Positions 1-11,834 of a stretch of 64,000 nt of DNA are shown here, piece after piece; positions within the stretch are counted from its first letter, which is position 1; each line of letters opens with the position of its first letter. The DNA is from Hypanus sabinus. Its lineage: Eukaryota. The notes under the pieces are model-generated. The model was not told where the DNA came from. It ran no database searches and saw only the letters and a list, made by a program, of their open reading frames with translations. The position numbers were made by a program, and so were the translations under genes. Where the stretch lies: NCBI RefSeq assembly GCF_030144855.1, contig NC_082722.1:19530001-19594000 (forward strand), in the 5' to 3' direction.

Positions 1-215
1 TCGGTAGCAATGTGTGAAATGCAGTTGGATTGGTATGTTAAGTAACGTTGAGAACAAAATTTTGCCTGGGCCAAAAAGAGTCCTCTGGGAGATCAGAGTA
101 ATAATCTGTCCATGGAGCCAAAAGAGAATGGGGAGATCTTAAAATAATTCTTTGCATTTGTATTTACTCAGGAGAGAGTCACAGGGTCTATAGAAGTGAA
201 ACAAAGCAGTAATGA
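1..215 (+). mobile_element. CR1-type LINE ORF2 fragment
   Basis: Degenerate GPLEDQ...MEPKEMGEILN.FFASVFT-like segment. Confidence 0.55.
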
Positions 216-434
216 GGTTATGGTCTTGTATTCCTTCATTGAAATCTTTGAAAATTGTGACTAAGACCAAAGGGAACCCAGCATTGCCTATTATTGTATA
301 CTCCTGCTTCCCTTCTCTTATCTCCAGCTATCTAAGCAATTATCCATCAGATCCAGCACGGTACATTTAGTTCCCAGTGTTCCCATTTTCCACGTGTCAA
401 ACATTTTCTAGAAATGTTCATAAAATAGCTTTCA

Positions 435-1200
435 CATCAGTAACAGAAGAGATTTTGCAGAGTTGCTGGAAATCTAGAACAACACATACAATTTTGCAGA
501 GGAACTTAGTCGGTGAAGAAGCATCTATGGAAATGAATAAACAGTCGATGTTTCAAGCCAAGACCCTTTGTCAACAATGGAAATGAAGAGGGAAAATGCC
601 AGAATAGAAAGAAAATGGAGTCAAACGACGACTAACAAGAAGATCATGGGTAAAGCCTTCTGAGTGGGGGGAGGAGATGAAGTAAGAATCTGTGAGATGA
701 TAGATGGAAAAGGAAATGTACTATAGAAGAACAAATCTGTTAGGATAGTAGACAATGAGAGAAAGGGAAGAAAGAAGGGCACTAAGGAAAAGATATATGC
801 AGGTAAGGAGAAGAGGTAGGAGACCAGATTGTAGAACAGAAGAAGAGGAAAAGATGAGGGAAAACTTAATGAAAGCAGAAATCAATGTTCATGCCATCAG
901 GCTGGAGGTTAACTGGACTGAAAATGAGGCGTCGCTCCTCAACACTAACAGTAGCCTCATCGTGGCAGAAGAAGAAGCCGAAGACCAAAATGCCGCGATG
1001 GGAAGTAAAATGACCAGAAGTACCACTTTTTCTGAATGCAGTGGAGGTCCTTGAAAAAGCAGTCGTCTAATTTATATTGGGTTGCACCAACGTAGAGGAG
1101 GCGGCATCGGAAGTACCGGACAGAGTAGACAACCATAATAGATTCGGAGATTGAAGTTTGCTTTACCAGGATGGACTATTTGGGACCTTGAATGGTGGTG
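435..1200 (-). mobile_element. Penelope-like element 3' region (GIY-YIG C-terminus and terminal repeat)
   Basis: Antisense RL..LQPDGMNIDF-like motif at about 860-940, with the same terminal repeat as 20620-21400. Confidence 0.7.
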
Positions 1201-1454
1201 ATAAATTATATCTCTCAAGCATATTTTTCACGCTGTCTTCACCTGACAGAAACATTTTTGTTCCATTTAGATGTACATTTTTGAATCGAAACTAAATGCT
1301 GTCTTTTCCCAGGGATATGCTCATCGCAGTACAAGTTTGACAACACTTCTTAGACATTTCCAAAGGAAAGTCAGTCCAGAATCTTCCTCAGTGTTGTAAT
1401 TCATCACGCAAATAAAATACCTATCTTCATAGGAAGACCACTTCTGTTATTTTT

Positions 1455-2420
1455 TTGTAATTTATTTTTTATTGAAGTTTATCATCAAACAAACATTTCC
1501 ATAAGATGTATTTCGGATACTGTACATACATATTATATAATCATATTTGTCACAAATCTCCACATAATCATTATCTGAGGTATACACTTTTAGAAAGAAG
1601 AGCAGAGAAAGAACAATCGAAATAAGAAAACTATGTACAACGTAGGAAGTGATCTTTTTTACAACATATTCATTGACTTGTGAGAATAAAATCAGGCCTA
1701 TGAGGTGTTACGTAGTTAAACCATTTTCCCCAGTATGAATCAAGTAGTTCCAACTTATGATGAATAGATGCTGTTATCTTCGCCGTTTTGTAAATGTCCA
1801 TTGTAATTTTCATCTACACATTTAAAGTTGGGCTCTCCTGTAATAACCATTTCCTGGTAAGGGCCTTTTTACCAGCCACCAGCAGTATATTCATTAAATA
1901 CCTATCTCTTTTCAACCATTCTTCAGGGATATAGCCAAAATATATGGCCTTACTCTCTAAGGGTATTTCACATTTAATGATGTCTTGTAGGGCATTATCT
2001 ATCCCACTTCAATAGTCTTTGATAACAGGGCATTCCCAGAAAATATGATAATAGTTTGCATTTTGATTTCCACAATTTCTCCAGCAATCAGGGAGAATAC
2101 TATCATCACGGGGTTTCTGAGTGGATATAATAAAATACTTTCTCAAGTTTTCCTCCTGAACTCCCTCCCTTCACTTCCATTAATACCTCCATATTATTGT
2201 CCATTCTTCCTCAGATATAATTATCCCTCCTTCCTTCTCCCATTTTGTTTTAACGTATGAAGTTGAATGTGTTTTAATACTTGAGAAATCTTTATACACG
2301 CTTGAAATAATTTAACTACCATTGTCTGATCTATATGATTTTCTAAATAGCTCTATCAGACATGTACTTGCCTTGGTTACATTTTCAACCGTCCTATTAA
2401 CATACTGTTGCATCTGTAAA
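1455..2420 (-). mobile_element. L1/Tx1-type LINE 3' end
   Basis: The minus strand reads ...YFWECPVIKDY...RDRYLMNILLVAGKKALTRKWL..., the L1-clade ORF2 C-terminal FWECP motif. A-rich tail near 1455. Confidence 0.75.
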
Positions 2421-2779
2421 TACCGATAAAAGTCTTGTAAGTGTATGTTCAGACATATAGAGGAACTTAGATAAAATTCCGACTAGATTCCATTATTTTT
2501 CTGATTCAAGTGAAAACAATTCTTAATCCTTCTCCAGGATCCATCATCCTGCTCATGACAGGCTAATCAAGGTTCTCGCCGGAAAAGGCAACTACTCATT
2601 CCTCTCCATTGAATCCAATTTCACGCTTGGACCACTGTAGAAACTGAATGTTTCTCTTGACATTGATATTGTTATGCGTTTTCCTGCAGTACTGTGAGGT
2701 ACAACTGGTACCACAATCGATATAGTCAAAGCCTATATCTTTAGAGCTGTATTTTAATGCTGTGATGATGTTTTACATT

Positions 2780-3300
2780 ATTCTCTCAGCATAATGCTGA
2801 AGCCATAGAATTCAAACACGGACATTGCAGAACATCATGAGAAACCTTTAGTTGAGAGGAAGAGGGTTGGAAGTCACTTATTTTAACTGTGAGTCATTGT
2901 CTGTAAACTGAGGGACGAGCTTAAAAATCAACGTCTGAACATCGATTTTTTTGAGCGAAATGCAAACTTTACCCACAAAGGCTTTCCATGATATCATCAG
3001 CTTCGTTCGTGCATTTCTATTTTGTGCCATTTGTCATTTCCTGTTGACCAGAGTGAAATTTTTATTGCAAATCTTTAGCTGAAAGAAGAAATTACATCGT
3101 GATGTACAGCACGGAAGGGGCCCGACTCAACCATTCGGAACGAAATATTTATGAAACTGTTAATTTTCCCTTCCTCTGTCACGGTATCACTTCCTCTGCC
3201 AACTTGTTCTATACATCTACCCTTCTCGGTGTGAAAACCCTGACATGCAGAGTTCTCCTTTAAATATTTCCTCTCTCAAATCAGTACGATGTCCTCTCGC
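2780..3300. promoter_or_regulatory. Conserved duplicated non-coding block, copy 1 (RUNX/TCF/ETS-like motifs)
   Basis: Aligns by eye with 21800-22400. CCACAAAGGCTTTCC[A/G]TGATATCATCAGC is 28/29 identical (2973-3001 vs 22029-22057), and ATTTCCTGTT (ETS) occurs at 3036-3045. Function is inferred. Confidence 0.55.
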
Positions 3301-4259
3301 TTTAGATCAGAAGAGATGCGGGATGGTGGAGTCTGGCTTATTACTGATCCTATCCTTCAGTATCTTACATTTTTTATCAGTGTCAATTGACTCCAACGAA
3401 TCAGAATAATGTCGAAGACAAAAATGACTTCTTATCTTTCCAACTCATATATATGATATCGATTGACATACTTTGCTTGGATATAACGAACGAAACGAAG
3501 CAATGCCTCGGGTCTGCACTCACTGGTGGTCCACAGCTCTGAACTACAACTGAATTCTCAGCTTCACAGCTTCTTTGACATGTTCACTGTATCCCTGCGT
3601 CAATGTGTGTTTGCGTTGAAGATTGCATGCTGATGTGCTCATTGAACTGTGAAGCTGCAGAGCTACGCAAGGCAGTTTGTGAGCAACATGGCTTTAGTCT
3701 GTAAAAATAATTCAAAATAGAGCATCCAGCGACTAATTCAATCAAACCATTGTAAAATAAATTAGTGATGTTATCATCAGTTATCAATTTTAGATTACTA
3801 CATCTTTACACGAGGTTTATGGCAACGTTCTATCAAGATTTCCTTTTTGATTCATCTGAAATTTCAACAGCAAGAGCCTGTCTTGTCCCACAGAAGAATG
3901 AACGTTTTTTTTTCCTTACTGAAAATTAATTTTAGCAAAATCTAATTAGGAGTGTAGAGAAATCGTTGAAGTAGTAGCTAAGTTACCAAATGTTTGTCTA
4001 ACTCACAATACAAGCGCATTTTTGTGTTATTTCTGACTGTGTTCCGCAATCTGATGTATCTACTGAACTCACAGGTGATTGTTTCACCGGAATTAAAGTT
4101 TAACTTGAACTGGAAATTATCGCAAAAGGACATTACGAAATTGTGATGATATGTCGCCAGCGATATAATTGTTCTGGAACCTGACGTATATGAACAAAAG
4201 CAGCTTATTGATTCTAATTAAACAGATGTCGCTGAACTTCTTTTGTAATTGAAAATATG

Positions 4260-4265
4260 TTTATT
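4260..4265 (-). promoter_or_regulatory. Putative polyadenylation signal (AATAAA) of the Ig receptor gene
   Basis: tttatt on the plus strand, about 175 bp past the stop codon. Confidence 0.5.
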
Positions 4266-4438
4266 GATGGGGTCGGAAAAGAAATTTCGCCAGTATGTCT
4301 CAATGTCCACTTTTCATATTCTTAACATTCAGTATTATTACAGCCGTCGCTCTTTTGTCTCCCTGCAGAAGATAAGCGAAAACAATCCGTTGGGATGCAT
4401 TCGCTCACAGTCCACAGAACCGAAACCTATTTCTATTT

Positions 4439-4573
4439 TCAGCTTCTTGCTTCTTGTAAAAGCTTTCCATCTGCGTACACTGAATCCTTGTTGCCGTGCT
4501 TAAATGCCGATATTTTATTGTTGGAATGCTGCAGAGCGGCATATGTCAACTTTTCATCTCCGCCACATCGAGT
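4439..4573 (-). CDS. Ig-superfamily receptor exon 6: ITIM-bearing terminal exon
   Basis: After the acceptor ttacttccacag| it reads TRCGGDEKLTYAALQHSNNKISAFKHGNKDSVYADGKLLQEARS*. LTYAAL is a canonical ITIM; SVYADG is a second, degenerate Tyr motif. Confidence 0.9.
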   Translation of the reverse strand, partial: TRCGGDEKLTYAALQHSNNKISAFKHGNKDSVYADGKLLQEARS

Positions 4574-5890
4574 CTGTGGAAGTAATTCAATATTGGGTCT
4601 TTGTCAATTGTCCAGCAAAAAAGCGAAGCGATAGAATTTAAGATACAATTGTAATGCATTTAATCATTTTCATTTTTAGATTACAGCTATTTAAAACAGT
4701 TTGTACTGAAAGAGAAAAAAGACACCGCTGTTTCTTTGTTCTTCACTGAAGTTTCGTTCTCATGTTTTACATTATTGTATAAGGTATTATTTTACACGGA
4801 AACTGAACTGCTTTCGGACTCAGGCTGTTTACGGAGGATGGGGAGGAAGCCTCGCTCCTGCAAATGTAGCATGCAGGCCCACCAGCATGTGGACACGTCC
4901 TGATGCTCGTGAACCAGATCCCCAGCCATAGGTAAATACCTCCACTACCTTGGCGTTAGCATTGAGAGGATCGAGAGTTACGGTAGGAAACCCGGACAGT
5001 AAATCCGGACTGGAGCCCCGAAGGCGGCCGGAATTTATTGAACATCATTCTGGTAGCTCCTGCAGCCAAGCTGATGACAAACGTATTGCTTCTTAAGCTT
5101 TCTTTTGGAATACAGTGGTGAGGCCGAGAGGGGGATTTTGACGAATAGAAATCTTAGGATCTCCATACCTTCCGTCCTGCCTTGTGATGATCAGCATCAT
5201 CAGCCACTTTCTTCCGAGAAAAACAGTTGACCACCACCAATCACCATAATGTCAGAATTTGACCAACGCATTTTTATAGATTAAGATTTTTTTCCAAAAA
5301 ACAATGTTTATTTTGTATTTCTTCCGCCCCCAATCCCTTGGCTTTACCTTTGCATAGACAACTTGATCGTCCTGGCGTCTGACCTGGTGAATTCTTTTGT
5401 TTTCTCTCACGTTTCGTGTAGCATAGGCAAGATTATGTTCAACTGGCGCAAGTCCAGCCTGTTATAGAAAGGGTAGTTAACACTGTTAGTGGCGAATCTA
5501 ATACAGTTCCAATCCCATAAAGAGAAAATGAGTTTGAAAACGTAAATGTAAATGAGTTACATGCTGCATAATAATATTCTAACATCAGTAAATTATATTA
5601 CGATGTATGTTGTTTCAGAAACGGTGCGAAATGTGTTTTCCCTAGTGCTAAAAGTCTCTATGATCGTTTAAGATTGAAATTCCTCCATTTCCCAACAGTT
5701 TCCGCAGGGACAACTGTCACCTTTGTACTCCTCGGGCACTACGGAGATTGAAGCACCGTTTTGCGGGTCAGTGGTTGTCATGGGTTCTCATGCAATCACA
5801 GAGATATCCATTCTGAGGTTGTAATTGATCATAATATTCCTCTATCAACATGCCCCTCTGAGAAGCAAAAAGAAAAACTGTCTCACCTAC

Positions 5891-5934
5891 CGGTTCTACA
5901 CTCTGACTTGATTCCTCAGAGGTTCTCTGAATAC
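5891..5934 (-). CDS. Ig-superfamily receptor exon 5: cytoplasmic linker
   Basis: 44 bp, phase 1-0, bounded by ttaatccattag| and |gtaggt. It reads (G)IQRTSEESSQSVEP, and its phases join exon 4 to exon 6 in frame. Confidence 0.8.
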
Positions 5935-6387
5935 CTAATGGATTAAAAAAATACAACACATTAAATAATAGCAGTAATGGTATGTTGATGTTGCGCATTG
6001 GATTGCAATCAAATTTCTTGCCGAAAGGTTCCACTCCTGACAGATATTCAAAATAGTATGGCGCACATTGTGGCCATGAATTGTCTTGCGCACGACCTTT
6101 CAAGAATGTGATGCACCTAGACTTTGACTGAAAGAGTAGATGGCGGTACTTGTGAAAAATCGCCGCAGGAAGTCACAGCCTGAAAATCACAGGTGTCTGA
6201 AAAACAGGTACAAGGAATGATTGGATAACTTGAACGGGAATGTAAATTTATCGTGCTATTTAAAATTAGTATTGTCGAATGTGAATCGGATAATGCCTTG
6301 GAAATCTTGATTCTCTCATTATCATTTGACTTTTCAATCTGCTGAGGTAATATATGGAAATGCTTGTCAAATCATTCATGTTCTTAC

Positions 6388-6495
6388 CACGTTTTGCCTT
6401 AACTCCGGTTATTATCAAAATTATAATCAGAATTATAAATGCCAGTCCGCCCAATGCACCTCCGAGAATCAGGGGCTCATTGTTGTTTTCTCGAT
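6388..6495 (-). CDS. Ig-superfamily receptor exon 4: transmembrane
   Basis: 108 bp, phase 1-1, bounded by ttttattcccag| and |gtaaga. It reads (D)RENNNEPLILGGALGGLAFIILIIILIITGVKAKR: an uncharged TM followed by a basic stop-transfer signal. Confidence 0.92.
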
Positions 6496-6684
6496 CTGGG
6501 AATAAAAGAAGAAACTGTGAAACATAAATAAATATATAAATACCGTGAGACAAGAAAGTAGAACATTTTAGTGGGTAATTCAGGTTTGAACAAATAAGGT
6601 TTGCAAGAGACGCAATATGACACGAGTCTTCAGGTGATGATAGGACTTACGGAGTGAACAGATTATCTTAAAATAGTCGTCCTT

Positions 6685-6870
6685 TCCAGAGCAACGCACA
6701 AAAATGTCACAGGAAATCAGCAGGCCAGGCAGCATCTGTGAAGAAAAGTAGTCGACGTTTCGGGCGAGACCCTTCGGAAGGACTGGTGCTGCTGGCCTGC
6801 TGAGTTCCTCCGGCATTTTATGTGTGTTGCTTGGAGTTCTAGCAGCTACATATATTCTCTTGTTTGTATT
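6685..6870. mobile_element. Penelope-derived short inverted (hairpin) repeat
   Basis: cagcaggccaggcagcatc...gtcgacgtttcgggcgagacccttcg followed by an inverted gctgctggcctgctg. The hammerhead core is mutated. Confidence 0.6.
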
Positions 6871-8389
6871 TTGGTTCTTGACAGTGAGTATTTTTCATTT
6901 GAAATAAGATTTTTTTTTTCTTTTAACGATGCCTTTTCAGATATTTTGATCCAAAATTTGAAATGACATCGTTCCTATTTCTGGACTGTCACTCGAAAAC
7001 TCCCTCAGCAAATTCCATCGGAAAATAAGAGAAAATGACTGTTTACTTTGATAACCATCACAAGATGCATTAATAGAATATTAAAAAGTACAATCCGAAC
7101 GACATATTAGGAGAAGTAACTAGGTATTTGCTGAAAACCGGAGAGAAAACGAGCAGGTTTAGATTAAGTAATAAAACAAAGACACTAGCAGAGAGAATTC
7201 CAGCTTTAAGTGCAGAGGTAGTCAAAGGCGTAGAAATGCGCAAATAGCTAAAAAAAGAACAGAATACGGAACTATGGATATATTTAAATATCATTATGAA
7301 TATTTGAAACATAAATATGATTTGACTTTTTACAAACGTGACCAACTTCCAAAATTTTGCTTGATCCTCTCTCACTTTCCTGTACGGTTCAGATGTTTCC
7401 ATTCTCAACTGGTATGAAATATAACAATATCAGTCTCGGATGTTTCCAATGAATACAGATGCACAATATTAGGAGGTAGAAATTACAAAGATTTACCAAC
7501 CTGTCAGCGAAGAAATCTCTCAGTACCGACTCTTACACGATAAGGAATCTATCTCTGGCTGAAGGAAATTGCCACTTAATGTTCTAAGCTGGATAGTTAG
7601 ATCGTACTCTCAACTCAGAGCCTTTTGAACAACCCTCCATAAAACTGATTTTTTTTTGGTCACGCTGATATTACCGTACAAAAGGTAATATTCACATCAT
7701 TCCTGATGTTCTGATTACGTATGCTATTTTTTGCTTGAGATTTTAGACGGTGCAAACATACCGCATGTCCTTTACACACAGTTTACCAAAGTAAAACATA
7801 TTTCTCAAATCCTTTAACCCAAAGTTATTAAATACGCATTACTTAACGATCTTCCGTTTTGCAAATCTTGATTTTTATCTAACAAATGCTTCAAGATTTA
7901 CGGCAAAGTGAACGGAGGAAAATGATTGACGTTCCACAAACGTATGCAATGGTCAATTGGATGGAGAGAGTAATGGAAATGAATTGCATTAGATCTACTA
8001 TCACATCCAAGCCATTTGCTTTCTGTTGCACAAATATGACGTAGAATTAAAAGTGATGACCATTTTAAAGAGATCTCATGAGCATACCAATTATTGGTGA
8101 AATTTCCGACGGAAAAGCAAATTCTCAGTCTTCAGGAAAATAGAGATAGGTCCTCACCTCCCCACCACCCCACTTCACCACCCCCCACCAATTGCGTCCA
8201 TATCATCTCTCTTCGGCACGTTAGACATATCCTCCACAAAATAGTCAATCAAAGACTAAACTATTCCGTCAGTACAAAATATCAATTCTCCTTCTCGTCC
8301 TCCAAGAGACCTATTTTCACCTTGAACAACGCTTTATATAATTATAAAAACTTTTACTATCTGTTTTAATATTTTAAACTAGCTTATTT

Positions 8390-10770
8390 TTATATTCTGT
8401 CTTCCCTTTCTTTATTGCTGGCTCTGTGGTTGTTTGTTGTTTTTTTAAAGTTTTCCCAATCTTCCAGTTTCCCACTACTTGCAGTGATTTGGTACACACG
8501 AGGACTTAGATTGATGCCTTCTTTTATTTCCTTAGTTATCCAAGGCTGGCTCTCCCCACCCTTACTCTCCTTGTTTTTAACTGGAATATACTGTTTTTCA
8601 ACACCATGAAAAATCTCTTTGAAAGTATTCCACTGTTCTTCAAACGTCTCACCAGATAGCCTGTGTTCCCAGTCTACCCTATCCAGCTCTTCCCCCATCA
8701 TGTTGTAGTTTCCTTTGATTAGGCATAATACACCGCTTTTAGATCGAAATATTGCACCTTCCAAATGTAGAAGAAACTCAGCCACAATGTTATCACTCTT
8801 TCCAAGAGGATCCCTCACTATAAGACTGGTAATTTTACTTTTCTCATTCCGCAGGGCCATATCCAAGATAGCATGCATCTTTGTAGGTTCTGTAGCATGC
8901 TGTTGAATAAAGATATCACATGTGGATTCCATGAAGTGCTCCTCAAGACCATCTTGAGTCATCTAATTAAAAAAATTAATCGCAAGTTAAAGTCTACGAT
9001 ATTTAAATCCCAGTCCTCTCCATTCTGCAGCCATGTTTCTGTATCAACTACTAAATCATACGCCTTTGTGCTGATTTGTGCCACAATTTCACTGACGTTG
9101 CTACGGATACTACGGACATTGAGAGAAACTGCTCTTGCACTCAGCAGGTCGGGCAGCATCCGTTGAAATGAGCAGTCAACGGAGCTGCCCGACCTGCTGA
9201 GTTCATCCAGCTTGTTTGTACGTGTTGATTTGACCACAGCATCTGCAGTATACTTTGTGTGCCCTTACACTCTTTGTGCCTTTAAAGTACTGCGATCTGT
9301 GTAACTTATGCACTTGCGCTTCCTGCAGTCCTCCCTTAATATTCTCGTTTTTGTAACTTTTGCATTTTCTTTATCTTCATCTACACTTTTCCCTTTTACT
9401 TTATTAATACTTCTAAAATCTGCTGAACCGACCTCCATGCTACTTAGTTTAAAAGCCCTATCCACAACCCTAGTTATGCAATTGGCCAGGATCCTGTCGT
9501 AATGGGGCGATGGGAGTGGACCAAAAAGCAAGACACAGACACTGAAGTACCAGGAACAGGACTAGGCGTGAGAAGGAAGCAAGGGAAGTGGGGAAGAAAG
9601 GACACTGGACATGACACCGGCCCTGGTCTAGGACCTGACTAGGATAGGGAACCAGGACATAGAACTGGAGACAAGGAACCTCGGCTTGGACCTGGGTCTT
9701 GACCGGAGCTCGGACTCCAGAACAAGGTGAGGACAAGACGAGGCTACAGGACGAGGAGAGGCACAGGACGCGACAATAGACTCCGGAACGGGACAAGGGA
9801 ACATCAGCACAGGACAAGAGAATTCCAGCACTGGGCTGTGCAAGGTACTCCTGTGCTGAGCGAGGCACATGGACATGACAAGAACCCAGAGCCTTGGTCG
9901 AGGGAGAGCCAGGAACATGGAACACCGAGCCGGGACCACTCCTTGGATACAGGACGTAGGGCCGGGACTCAATACACAGAACACCAAACACGACGAGACA
10001 GTTCACAACGCTAGGTAGTGGCAAAACCGCCGGATCTGCCTAGCCAAGGAGTGGACATGGACAGTTCCCAACGCTAGGAAGCGGCAAAACGGCCGGACCT
10101 ACAAAGCGAAGGCGTGGACATGGACAGTTCCCAACGCTAGGAAGCGGCACACGGCCGGACCTTCCTAGCGAAGGCGTGGGCGCAGACAGACAGTTCCAAC
10201 AGGGCAAGGCTCCAGACACAGGCAAGGCGAGGGAAGGCTCCAGGAGGAAGGTGAAGGGAAGGGAGACAAACGGGGGTAAGGACATGAACAATCCAGCCAC
10301 CAGAGGCTGAATCTTCAAGTTATTTATGAAGCCAGCCCAAACAAGAATCAGGGGAAACACGGAAAACCTGGAATATGGAGCATGGACCAGACCACGAACT
10401 GGAATGCGCATTTCACGGACAGGGCCATGACAGATCCACGTCCCATCACGGTTCAGGTGAACCTGTCCCAATGGAGCAGCTCACTCCTTCCCCATGAATT
10501 CAACCCAGGTCTCCCACACCAATTGTTGAGCTACATATTTAACTCTCTGATCTTTTTAAACCTTTGCCAATTTGCACGTGAGCCAGGTAGTAATCCAGAT
10601 ATTAACACTTTTTTGGTTCTGCATTTTAAGTTAGTCCCTAGTTGCTCAGATTCCTTCAGTAGGACCTCCTTCCTCTTTTTATCTTTGTCGTTGACACTCA
10701 CATTTCCTTGCAGGTGTAAGGCCGTAAATAATGTGAAAACAGTACACATGTTAATTTTACCCCGTTGAAA
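8390..10770 (-). mobile_element. CR1 LINE fragment (ORF1 esterase C-terminus to ORF2 endonuclease), interrupted by an LTR
   Basis: ORF 8390-8962 (ILDMALRNE...QPWITKEIK) and 10531-10749 (KKVLISGLLPGSRANW). The sequence is continuous across the GATCC duplication. Confidence 0.85.
9495..10432 (-). mobile_element. Solo LTR (Gypsy-like), 938 bp
   Basis: TGTCGT...ATGACA termini, a perfect 5-bp TSD GATCC (9490-9494 and 10433-10437), and an internal tandem array of about 62 bp at about 9998-10200. Confidence 0.82.
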
Positions 10771-10860
10771 AAAGAAATGGATTTCACAATTTCTTTCTCG
10801 TGTTTATATAGCTCTCCAGGCATTCAGGTTGGAGTTTGCTTTAAATGTTTCCTGTCTTAC

Positions 10861-11157
10861 CTTGTTCGATAATATAGCTGAAACTGGCAGGACGTTTGAG
10901 CGTTTCGTGAGATACCAGGCACGTGTAAACCACTTTGCCCTCAGCAGGCTGCGCATCTTCCAAAGTACTGAAAGCTTCAAACAATCCTTCCAAAGTCTTA
11001 TTTATTCCCATTTCTATTTTGGTTAGAATTTCCATATTATTTCTTCGCCAAAAGATGTCTAATTTCTTCGGATAAAATGGTGCAGTTTTACACATGAGTT
11101 TCCGGGTTTTCGGTGAAGTTTCTTCAACACGAATGATTTTCAGCGGAGTTGGGGGAG
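10861..11157 (-). CDS. Ig-superfamily receptor exon 3: C1-set Ig domain
   Basis: 297 bp, phase 1-1, bounded by tgttgtag| and |gtaaga. It reads (T)PPTPLKIIRVEETSPKTRKLMCKTAPFYPKKLDIFWRRNN...GLFEAFSTL...VYTCLVSHETLKRPASFSYIIEQ, with the C1-set CxxxxFYP, W and YxCxVxH hallmarks. Confidence 0.95.
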
Positions 11158-11834
11158 CTACAACAGAATAAAACGCAGCGTAGAATGTTTAGCTATTATT
11201 TGATCTTATGCATTCTCCTTCTCACGCTACTACGCTCAACTGTTATCATTGCGGTCTTTTGAAATCCCCTGAATTTTCCAGTTATTAATTGTTGCAGGGG
11301 GTAAGTAAACATGACAAAACAGATGAGTAGGTGACAGATGGGGAGCGCACTCTTGTTTGGAATGAACGTAGCAGATTCAGCGCGTGCTAGGAGTGACTTT
11401 ATTCCTTCTTCCAGCAGGCCATTTTTTTGTCCCTACCTCTGCCCTTGTAGATCAATTTTGTATTAACGCAAAATGAGGCAGTGAATCTGCATATCTATGC
11501 TCGTTTTAATGGGATGGGCATTGTGGAGCAACACACAGATCAAGCTGTGTTTCTCTGTTTGCCTTTGCCGATGATGATTAATTACTAATGAATATTTGTA
11601 GCTCTGCGCTTTAGCAACTGTAGCGTCGAAATCGGCGAAATACATAGAGATGTGGCAGTATAAAAGCAGGCTGAGGAACGGGCGGATATCATTTAACCTC
11701 GACAACGTTTCGTTTTAAATTAGATGGCTTGTGAATTTCCCTTCAACAGAATTTGTCTACAACTCCCTCTCATTATCTAACCTGAATCAAATTCTTCGTC
11801 TAAAAATGAGGTGGTTCCGTTCATCCGCTGTTTA

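Noticed and set aside
5768-6103. 111-aa ORF in the receptor cytoplasmic region
   Set aside because: Only 5891-5934 is exon. The alternative gtgaga donor would leave a 29-nt intron and break the frame.
7070-7408. Hydrophobic ORF resembling an alternative TM exon of the receptor
   Set aside because: The phase-1 reading from its acceptor hits a stop quickly and there is no good donor. Hydrophobicity reflects the antisense of purine-rich, probably repeat-derived DNA.
9998-10200. CRISPR-like array
   Set aside because: The units are contiguous tandem copies without unique spacers, inside a vertebrate LTR, and no cas genes are present.
9470-10471. Several long ORFs (184, 119, 95, 143 aa)
   Set aside because: They are low-complexity translations of the repetitive solo LTR.
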